Shown in pieces: positions 35,324-45,338 of a stretch of DNA of 45,338 nucleotides. The notes below the pieces were generated by a model. That model saw only the letters and a program-made list of their open reading frames with translations, ran no database searches and was not told the origin of the DNA. The number at the start of each line of letters is the position of its first letter. Position 1 is the stretch's first letter. The stretch spans positions 91,742,379-91,787,716 of the forward strand of contig NC_068982.1 in assembly GCF_001194135.2 (NCBI RefSeq), read 5' to 3'. A program made the translations under genes and the position numbers. The stretch is from Octopus bimaculoides (Eukaryota).

Positions 35324-36994
35324 NNNNNNNNNNNNNNNNNNNNNNNNNNNNNNNNNNNNNNNNNNNNNNNNNNNNNNNNNNNNNNNNNNNNNNNNNNNNN
35401 NNNNNNNNNNNNNNNNNNNNNNNNNNNNNNNNNNNNNNNNNNNNNNNNNNNNNNNNNNNNNNNNNNNNNNNNNNNNNNNNNNNNNNNNNNNNNNNNNNNN
35501 NNNNNNNNNNNNNNNNNNNNNNNNNNNNNNNNNNNNNNNNNNNNNNNNNNNNNNNNNNNNNNNNNNNNNNNNNNNNNNNNNNNNNNNNNNNNNNNNNNNN
35601 NNNNNNNNNNNNNNNNNNNNNNNNNNNNNNNNNNNNNNNNNNNNNNNNNNNNNNNNNNNNNNNNNNNNNNNNNNNNNNNNNNNNNNNNNNNNNNNNNNNN
35701 NNNNNNNNNNNNNNNNNNNNNNNNNNNNNNNNNNNNNNNNNNNNNNNNNNNNNNNNNNNNNNNNNNNNNNNNNNNNNNNNNNNNNNNNNNNNNNNNNNNN
35801 NNNNNNNNNNNNNNNNNNNNNNNNNNNNNNNNNNNNNNNNNNNNNNNNNNNNNNNNNNNNNNNNNNNNNNNNNNNNNNNNNNNNNNNNNNNNNNNNNNNN
35901 NNNNNNNNNNNNNNNNNNNNNNNNNNNNNNNNNNNNNNNNNNNNNNNNNNNNNNNNNNNNNNNNNNNNNNNNNNNNNNNNNNNNNNNNNNNNNNNNNNNN
36001 NNNNNNNNNNNNNNNNNNNNNNNNNNNNNNNNNNNNNNNNNNNNNNNNNNNNNNNNNNNNNNNNNNNNNNNNNNNNNNNNNNNNNNNNNNNNNNNNNNNN
36101 NNNNNNNNNNNNNNNNNNNNNNNNNNNNNNNNNNNNNNNNNNNNNNNNNNNNNNNNNNNNNNNNNATATATATATATATATATAATGTATGTAGGTATGT
36201 ATGTATGTGTGTATATATATATATGTGGGTGGCTGTGTGTATGTGTGTATGCGTGTGCGTGAGTATGCATGAGCGAGTATATAATATAAATATATATGAA
36301 ATATATGTATAAACATATATATATAAATAGATAGATTAATAGATAGATTAATAGATAGATTAATAGATAGATAATATGTATGTATATCTGTGTATATGTA
36401 TATATCTATTATTATTTATATTTTGTATGCATGTATGTGTATGCCACAGAACAAGCGAAGCTTACATTAAATATATTAAACTTTATAGACGTTTGAGTTC
36501 TATATTCAGTTGTATATATGTATATATGCATGCATGTATGTATCTATGAATTTCGAGCTTTTTCTACCGTTCATATTTCAATTACTTTTCGAATTTATTG
36601 CCCCTTTCCACAGCTAAATATTCACCACTTTATATTGCTCTATCTTATCTAAACAGTTAAACTATTTTCACTACTTTCCACCAATTCATTAATCTTTTGA
36701 TAAATGGTTCTCGTTTGAAAAAAATTAAGCTTTTCTTACTTATTACAAACGTTTTTTTGTTTTTTTGTTTTTCTAAACAAATGTTGTGACGTTTTGTATT
36801 TTTCTATCAAATAAAGTTACCGAAATGGCTGCTATAAAATCGGCAGTTTATTATGCAGTTTGAAGATGTCTGCCCATCAAATTTATTGAAACAGGTTATA
36901 AAGATAGCGTTTTATAAATGGAGAGAAAAGAACTGAAAAATCATTCATCCTGTTTGCTTCCTTGTTTACAATAAAATATATTATACGAATTTTA

Positions 36995-37086
<92 letters not shown>
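36995..37086. repeat. (TAA)n microsatellite
   Basis: Direct reading. Confidence 0.98.
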
Positions 37087-37089
<3 letters not shown>

Positions 37090-37205
37090 TTAGGTCTTCG
37101 TTCTTTCTTTTCTAACTTCGAAGTATAAAACACTGGTGTGAGACGCAGCGCAAGATTTGCTACCATAAATGCAAGAAGATAGGGCCCTCTGAGTTTCTTT
37201 CAGAC

Positions 37206-37388
37206 GCAGGCGTGTCTGTGTAGTAAGAACCTTGTTTCTCAACCATAGGGTTCCGGGTTCAGTCTATTGTGTTACATTTTGAGCAAATGTCTTTTACTGT
37301 AGCTTCGGGCCGACCAAAGCCTTGTGAGTGGATTTGGTAGACGGAAACTGAAAGAAGCCTGTTGTATGTATATATGTATGTATCTGTG

Positions 37389-37390
<2 letters not shown>
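37206..37390 (+). mobile_element. SINE family B 5' half
   Basis: Matches 35108-35270. Confidence 0.88.
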
Positions 37391-37419
<29 letters not shown>

Positions 37420-37429
37420 TACATATGTG

Positions 37430-38660
37430 GAAAATCGGTGTGTTTGTAGCGTTTTTTAGCTAACTCCCCCAAGATCGTTTTATTGATTTTGTTGAAACTC
37501 GACACGTGAGTAGAACTCATGTCTGGAAACCTCGTGACATACATAGATTGTTGAAAAAATCGATAATACGGCCCCTGGAAGGGATCTTTATATCTACCTG
37601 TATAACTATTTTTTTAAACACCAAAGGGAAATAACCCATAGCACCTGCACAATATTTTTTATACACGCAAGGGAAATAACCCATACCACTTGCACTTACA
37701 GTTGTTAGTTTTTAGCAAAGCAATCAATATTTGATTCTCACGATCAGCGGACTTAATTCTGCATTTCACTTCTCAAAGTTTTCAACTGCTAAACATTATT
37801 GCACTTTCTTGATGCATGTACATTTTCAATGCCCGTAACTCCTATAATTCTGCATTTTTCCAGTTAAACGTTTCCAATGAAGGTACATAAATTTTTGATT
37901 CCAGATTCAGCGTACCTAATTCTGCATTTCACTACTCAGATTTTGCATTTTTCCAGTTAAAATATTTCGATGACAGTACATAAATTTTTGATTCCAGAAC
38001 GTATTTAATAAGTGTGTCCCAATACAATGAACTCATACGTTGAATGCTTAAAATTCTTTAAAAATGAAACCAAACTTCCACACTGCGTTCAGTTTGGACA
38101 CCCAGTATCGCTTAGACTTATTTTACAAACCATAATACAAAATTTTCATGAAACTAATCGAGCCATCGAATTTAGAAATATTTTACAGGTTTCATTGTTT
38201 ATGTTCGATTACTTTGAATATTGATTTTTTTGTGTGTCCAATTTCTAATTTTTGCAGACAATATCACTTTTATACTTGACACGTGAGTAGAATTCATGTC
38301 TGGAAACCTCGTGACATACTTAGATAAAGGGCCCCTCCAATGGATCCTTTTATCTACTACATATTACTAACATTTTATTTAAATAATCCAAGGGAAATAA
38401 CACGTACCACCTGCAGTTTTTAGCGAAGCGATCAATATCTGATTCTCACGATCAGCCGACCTAATTCTGCATTTCACTACTCAGTTTTGAACTGCTAAAC
38501 ATTATTATTACACTTCCTTGATTTGAATCTTAAATCTTAAAAATTTCATTCATACATTTCTATAAATACATACTTTTTTGAATTCCCATTACTCCGATAA
38601 TTCTACATTTTTATTGTTACACATTTTCCATGACAGTAGATAAATTTTTCATTCTACAAC
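37430..38660. repeat. Diverged tandem duplication (about 780-bp period) with nested sub-repeats; possibly a non-autonomous Helitron-type element
   Basis: GACACGTGAGTAGAA(C/T)TCATGTCTGGAAACCTCGTGACATAC at about 37501 and 38278, followed by colinear blocks (AGGGAAATAAC, GATTCTCACGATCAGC, AATTCTGCATTTCACT). Confidence 0.75.
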
Positions 38661-39352
38661 GTATTTGTAGTGGCTTCATGCAGACATAGCGTAGATTCGA
38701 TCCTCGATTGCCAAATTTTCACTTAACACTTCAACAGGGCTTTTCTCACAGTAAAACAATTGTTTTTCTGTGAATGACAGCAGTTATACATTTCCCAGTT
38801 GCCTTCGCTAAGCAGAATAATGTCTTTGCCACTTGACCCTTCCAACCTCTTCTAGGCCACCAGGGGCTGGAATGAAAATATTAGACCTCCAACAAAATCA
38901 TTTGTTCGCAACAATATGTCTATCCTTCTGGCTGCTTTTCCATAGTTATAAAAACAAGAACTCCGTAAGGCTAAAGGCTGAGAGCGACCATCATTGAGTG
39001 TGAACGTTATTATTGCACTTTCTTCATTTTATTCTTAAACATTAAACACTTCATTCACATATTTATATACATATATACTACATTTATATATTGCCTTCAA
39101 TAAATTAGCCTTCATAAAGTTCACCTTTAAAATGCCACGACGAGTCACAGTACTTTCTCGTCAACCTCCGAAAACCTCTCTCACCAACCTCCATCAATCT
39201 CTCCCTCCTCCAGCTGACAGTTTTTTATACTTTTTCGCGACGGAAAATATACCTTTTGTGGCAGTTCTAACGAAATTGTTTTCTTATATCAGAGTAATAA
39301 GGTGTTTCAATAGAACATCTTTACCCTTGGGAATTACCGGGTACACCAGCTA

Positions 39353-39389
<37 letters not shown>

Positions 39390-39393
<4 letters not shown>

Positions 39394-39555
39394 GTGTGTG
39401 TGCTTGTCCTCCACCACCGCTTTACAATAGGTGCTGGTGTGTTTACGTCCCCGTAACCTAGCGGTTTGACAATAAGAGACCGATAGAAGAAAGTATTAGG
39501 CTTCAAAGAATAAGTCCTAGGGTCGATTTATTCGACTAAAACCCTTCAAGTAAAA
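39390..39555 (+). mobile_element. SINE family B 3' half
   Basis: TGGTGTGTTTACGTCCCCGTAACCTAGCGGTT...GGGTCGATTTATTCGACTAAAA. Confidence 0.82.
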
Positions 39556-39799
39556 GGTAAAAGAAAAGATAACTCCATCTACTGAGATAGCATTAACAAC
39601 ACCCCTCCCTAGTGAGGATAATCTGGGCCCCTAAATATCATATAAATGTCTAAATCACACAAATCATACTGCGTCGTTTGTTGCATGGGTTATCAAAGGA
39701 CACATCCTGCAATGCTGCGCCAAAATGATAATCTAAACGGTAATCAAAAGCAGAAAAAATCCAACACTGAAGCGTTAGAACATCCACTACAAAATAACA

Positions 39800-41365
39800 C
39801 CTGAAATCAAAATTCAAACCAGAAAACGAGAGAGTTACAAGGAAGCATTGAATGCCTTTTACACAGTACTGAATTAATCACACGCTAATATCACTGAACA
39901 GATATTCACCCAACGGAGAAAAAAAGTAGGAGGAAACTCACAATTAAATATGAACACAAATAAGAGAGGTAACACATGCAGAGATATACTAAGAAAGAAG
40001 TCTCACACAAGCTGAACTGGATGTAATAGGAGCACAAATCATCCCAAGCGCATCAGCAAGTCTTACGAGATGAAATAAACAATGCTAGAATACCTGTAGT
40101 AGGTGTATATAGCATGACTCAATAAGAAAGCAATCAGTGGGTTAAATGAGATCAGAAACTACGAATGCAATGAAGAAAATAACAATCAGGTCTCAGAAAA
40201 TGAAGATAACGAAGATAACACTTCATTAATGAAGATAACACTTCTTAAAGAACATAAGAAGTTGAAGGAAGCAAGGAAGATATCGTAGAAAATTCAGTGT
40301 AATTTTATGTACTGAAATGAAGGATAGAACTACTGCTAAAATTTCAAAACAATAAGAAACAAGTATACAAGAATAACAAGTGTATAATGCAGTAATGAAA
40401 GAACTACTGAGAGACGGTGAAACTGATTTATCTACCAACGATTATCTTGTGAATTCTACAGTAAAGGTTTTGAACAACCAAACTTGGCTTAAAATAAAGA
40501 AAAAGAACAAGCACGTCAACAAACAATCAAAGTAGAAAATGGAAATACAAAAGAAATTAAACATCGGATTAGAATATATGAAATAAGTAAATTCTATTGA
40601 CAGGATAAAATTTTCAATTTGGTGCAAAGAAATTTTATAGAAAAATGGGGGAAGCAATGATTCAGCTAATACGAATGAAGTTGAAGAATTTCGGAAGAAC
40701 ATCTGGAATAACTCAAAAGAGTTATTCAAGGAAGCAAGTTGGATTAACAGGGAAACTGAAATAGTGAAAGATGTGGAACTACAATGGGTACTGTTTAAAG
40801 TGGCAGAGCTAAGGCAGGCCTTTAGCAAAACACATAAACAGAAGTTGCCAGGAATAGATCAAATCCCGAATCATTGGTTAAATACACTCGCAGGAATGCA
40901 CAGGGCACTAGCTGAGAGAATGAGTGCACTGATACAAAATCTCGTGAAAGTTCCCAAGTGGTTGACAGAAGACACAACATACCTCCTGCCGAAAACACCA
41001 GAAACAAGAAAAAAAACTATAGACTCATTACATTATCACAATTTACAAAATTCTGACTTCAATAATTATTGAAAGAATGTATACTTTTCTTGAAAAAAGC
41101 AAACCATCGTTCCACAAGAAAAACGGGAGAAAACGAAACTCATATGAATCTAAAGACCAACTGATGATTAACAAAATTATACGAGAAAATTGTCGTGCAA
41201 AGAATAAGTTAAGCCCCAAATGGATTGATTGCTGGAAATCTTACAACAGTGTTTCGCATGAGAGTATTTTGAAAGCTCTAGAATGACAACAGCTTTCTAG
41301 TGAAATCTTCAAGGGAGGCTCTCTTTCACTGCTCTTGTTCTATATGGCACTCTTCTTACTTTCTC
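39800..41365 (+). mobile_element. R4/Dong-clade LINE, N-terminal region to mid-RT, decayed
   Basis: PGIDQIPNHWL, PKWLTEDTTYLLPK, SKDQLMINK, WIDCWKSYNSVSH (WID..KAYDSVPH), and FKGGSLSLLLF (FQGDSLSPLLF). Confidence 0.88.
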
Positions 41366-41369
41366 GTGA

Positions 41370-41483
41370 AAGCATGAAAGGCAAAGTCTACCTCGGTGGA
41401 ACTTGAACTCAGAACGTAACGACGGGTGAAATACAGCTCAGTATTTCGTCCAGCGTGCTAACAACTCTCCCACCTCACCGCCT
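41370..41483 (-). mobile_element. SINE family C 5' fragment
   Basis: ATGAAAGGCAAAGTCTACCTCGGTGGAACTTGAACTCAGAACGT plus tRNA-like head. Confidence 0.8.
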
Positions 41484-41486
41484 CAG

Positions 41487-41530
41487 TAATGATAATAATA
41501 ATCTAATAATAATAATAATAATAATAATAA

Positions 41531-41596
<66 letters not shown>
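41487..41596. repeat. (TAA)n(TAG)n microsatellite
   Basis: Direct reading. Confidence 0.97.
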
Positions 41597-41597
<1 letters not shown>

Positions 41598-41649
41598 TTC
41601 AAATTTTTGCACAAGGCCAACAGTTTTGCTGCTTTCATTTCTGTGACGT

Positions 41650-42060
41650 TCTTGTTCAAACTGCTCTGTAATAGCTGAGATGGTCTGACGCTAGAGTTCG
41701 AGTTGATTTTAGTCTTCTTCACAATTCTTCAGTCTGAGTTGCACAAAACATCTGCAAGGTCTATTGGCTGATGATGTGTTTGCGGTAAAGGATCCGGCAG
41801 TTAGTCATACGGCTCAAATACCTCGTACATCTCAACCGATGCTTTATGGTGTGCCTTCAGTGGTGTTAGTTCGAATTTTCTCAGAGTTCGCAAAGTTCAT
41901 TACGTAATCCTTTTATTTGGTGTTTATGATTGGTCGAAGTTCCTGCTGATAAAAGCGCTCGTGTTTCTTGAATCTTGGTGTTACAGGCCTCGTGTTTCAC
42001 ACACGGATCAAACAACAACAGCTTGAACACCGTGTGTTTGGTTTATTGCTTTAAGCTTTT
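41650..42060 (-). mobile_element. Probable Penelope-like 3' end
   Basis: ERFYQQELRPIINTK resembles a GIY-YIG C-terminus; downstream CTGAAGA...CGAAC-TCTAGC-GTC hammerhead-like relic. Confidence 0.45.
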
Positions 42061-43241
42061 GCTTCTGAAAAACGTGGTAGAATAGTCTTCCAAAAGCAAC
42101 AAGACAAGCGCAAATCCTGTTTTCCATATCCCTCTTTGAGTTGAATTAATAATGGTTTCAAATTTTGGCACAAGGCCGACCAAATTTTGGTACAGACCTT
42201 TTAGCGATGTTCGTGTTCAAACTGCTCTGTAATAGCTGAGATGAGACTTTTAAAATAAGGAAAATGAGCTCACAGTGCCAAAAAGCTGCTCGAGATAGTA
42301 ATATTGAAATCTGGAAGGGTTGTCGTTGGATCAGGTTGTACCAGTACTTTAGTTTTCAGAACAAAATGATTATATACAAAAATCATTTATTCATCTTATT
42401 TTCGATTTTTTCGCTAGTTCAGGTCAATCAGTTCACATTTTCTATATTGTATAGAAAAGCAGGTTAGTTGCAATTCATAGAGTAATGTGTTCTTCAAGTT
42501 TGGGAATCTCTTTTATATGCAACATACAACTGAGTATTCAGTTTCTATTATTAATATATTTCGATGTAAAAAAAAGGAAAAAGGTTTTTTTGCACTTTTC
42601 TTTTCTCTTTTGTTTCATTTTTTTTTTTTTTACTTTTAGTTTTTATTGAACTAAATTACATCATTTAGTCAAATGCCTTATTCGTTGCAATTATACCGAA
42701 GATTTCCATCGGCTTCCGTTAGTATTCAATAGTATTTCAATCATTATTAAGCAACAATGGTTTTGAATTCTGTCTTTTATAGTTTCTTATTGGCTGGTAC
42801 AGTCTCTTAAATACTGTGTTGTAGTTTCATTTGTTGTTCGTATAGCCACAGGCCGGTCCTAGTCGAGAAGACATATGATCAGTCATGCTCCAGTTGTGCA
42901 CATCACCTCTTTTTTATTGTAATAAAAAAGAGGTGATAAAATGACTACAAATGCGATGTATCCTTTATTTATATATGACAGTATGGTATGATTGAAGTAG
43001 ATTTACCAGCAATTTAATTTTCTCAATCAGTATTGATATGAGCTACACAACAAAAAAGTTCAAGGTTCCAACTGCATACTAAATCTACAGTATCTTCTCT
43101 CTCTTTTTCCCAACCGGTACTATAACGATCTCTTCTCCTCTGTATTGCCACCTCTGTCCGAATTCGAACATTCCTTCACCACCGCCACTTGGTATTAGTG
43201 TAAGGGGGAATTAATGCCTCTTCAACAACAAATGGTCAACT

Positions 43242-43403
43242 GGCGGTGTTGTAAGAAGCTTGCTACCCAAGCACATGGTTCTGGGTTCACTCCCACTGCG
43301 TGGCACCTTAGGCAAGTGTCTTCTACTATAGCCTCGGGCCAACCAAAGCCTTGTGTGTGATCTGGTAGACGGAATCTGAAAGAAGCCCGTCGTATATATA
43401 TGT

Positions 43404-43452
<49 letters not shown>

Positions 43453-43626
43453 TCCCCACCACGACCACCATCGCTTGACAACCGATGTTGGTGTGTTTAC
43501 GTCCCCGTAACTTAGCGGTTCGGTAAAAGGACCGGTAGAATAAGTACTTGGCTTTCAAAGTCCTTAAGGTGGTGCTCCAACATGGCTACAGTCAAATGAC
43601 TTTCACAAGTACAATAATAAAAGAAA
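43242..43626 (+). mobile_element. SINE family B, near full length, with internal (TG)n
   Basis: Head, CORE-like block, internal TA/TG repeat at about 43392-43448, and tail ending ATAATAAAAGAAAAG. Confidence 0.93.
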
Positions 43627-43759
43627 AGAGGATATTGTAGTTTGCTGGAAGCATTGTGTATTGTTTGTGAAATGTAACGTGTCTGGAATGGCACAACAAT
43701 GCAGAGTGGACTATAATCACTGTTATAAATAATTTAATTATTCATAGTTTAATATAATA

Positions 43760-44190
43760 TTTCGGAATATAAAAATCCCTCCTTCAGATATTGTTAGGAA
43801 GTAATGGAGTCACTGTTATAGTCGGTTTTCCAACGGTTACTGAAATCTGTCGGAAGCGTCTCTGGAATTCCTCATGAGATGTGCGTGAGGGCGATTAGAT
43901 GTTCTTTGATGCGAATGTGTAATGGTCTTGTTGTGCTATCCACATAGAAATTCTTGCATTTGTTACATTGGATTCGATATACAACATTTACCCGTTGACA
44001 TAAATCTGTCATGGATGGGGCAGTTAACTAGTGTGCATTGATTGCTGTCCCTTGCTGGTTTCTTTGCTAGGTGCCTTCTCAGAGAGGGGCCGAAGTGGGT
44101 TAGTTCTATATCTAATCCTTCTCTTCTTATAGCTCTTCGGATGGCTGTAGTTATCCTATAAATAGTCATCAAATATTATATATTTCACAT
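43760..44190 (-). mobile_element. Penelope-like element, GIY-YIG endonuclease remnant
   Basis: CTLVNCPIHD... and CNKCKNFYVDSTTRPLHIRIKEH (C..C..FY(I/V)G.T.R.L..R..EH motif); frameshifted. Confidence 0.82.
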
Positions 44191-44859
44191 ATGTGTACTC
44201 AATCGTAGTGCTTCGATAAACAATGGAATGATTTTCATCGAAACAACCAAGTTGTGCAGAATGCTTGTGAACTTTCCAAATCACCAAGAGAACCTGTTCA
44301 TAGTTTTGCCCAACCTGTTATATGTAACAGCCAAATTTCCTTCAAAATACGCCCTACTGATTAAAAATGAAGGGGCTGATGTAGTCTAAGATATACAATA
44401 CTCAACAGAGTGATAGGGATAATCATAGCTGAAACGTTTCTGATCACATGTCTACTCTTTTGCGGATGACCTGGAGCAAAACAACAACAAAAATTTTGAC
44501 ATGGTCCCATTGAAATTCCAAACATTCAATGAGAAACAAAGAAAGAAAGAAAGAAAGAAAGAAACTTACCATGATAATATCTACAGCAATCACATTTTTT
44601 TTGTCTACTCAAAACAGAGACAGTACCATACGTTACTTCAATCTGAAGATGTGACAACGAAGATGATAAAACAGTCCTGTTTCAATACATGTATAGAAAA
44701 GCATACACATACACTACGCGCGTGCATATACATACAGCGTAGATGCGAATACACAGCCCTGCTTGACTCCGTTTGTGACTAGGAATGCACCGGAAGAATC
44801 TTCACTGTCCAGCACCCGAGCAAGCGTACCATCGTGAAACTGACGGACCATGCTAGTGA

Positions 44860-45338
44860 ATTTGTCCGGTATTCACTACTGTATGCCTGCAAAACATGGA
44901 CGGTTTACGAACACCACGCCAAAAAGCTAAACTGCTTTCACATGAACTACCTGAAAAAGCTGCTGAAAATCACCTGGCAAGACAAGGAGGTCCTCTCCAG
45001 CTAATCTGCCAAGCATTTACACACTGCTAAGGAGAGCACAGGTCAGGTGTGCAGATCACCTTGGTTGAATGTCTGATACACGACTCCCCAAAAGATTGTT
45101 TTACAGCGAACTGGTGAAAGGCAAGCGCACGCAAGGTGGACAGTAAAAGCTCTTCAAGAGTACACTGGAAGCCTCGCTGAAGCGCTTTGGATCAACCCGA
45201 CACTTGAAAAATGCAAGCACACGACCGCCCTGCCTGGCGAAGCTGCATCAATAGAGGCGCCAACTCCTACGAACAGAACAGGATCACAAAGAAAACGTGT
45301 ACTGCGCAACTCCTTGCCTTCAGACCCAGCAGACCACC
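44860..45338 (+). mobile_element. RTE-clade LINE, RT C-terminal remnant
   Basis: LLYACKTWTVYEHHAKKLNCFHMNYLKKLLKITWQDK, RLPKRLF..ELVKGKR, HDRPAWRSCI; frameshifted. Confidence 0.9.

Overview
AT-rich eukaryotic DNA with many assembly gaps, dense microsatellites and decayed transposons. The repeat content suggests an octopod cephalopod genome (inference, not verified). No complete intact protein-coding gene is visible, and nearly all ORFs in the track are microsatellite or N-gap artefacts. Recognisable content: (i) at least four tRNA-derived SINE families with exchanged modules; (ii) LINE remnants of the R4/Dong (4), HERO/NeSL-like (1), CR1-like (2), L1/Tx1 (3) and RTE (2) types; (iii) Penelope-like fragments with decayed hammerhead-like motifs; (iv) a fold-back mariner derivative; (v) a hAT MITE with a perfect 8-bp TSD; (vi) a few candidate host exons, the best being 7491-7646; (vii) an unidentified decayed coding segment at 31626-32690 between two inverted SINEs. 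I found no convincing complete novel system. The best leads are a 3' hairpin shared by a SINE and an R4/Dong LINE, the unidentified coding segment, the hammerhead relics, and an exon bracketed by inverted SINEs. All family assignments come from by-eye motif recognition and were not database-searched. Boundaries of decayed elements are approximate.
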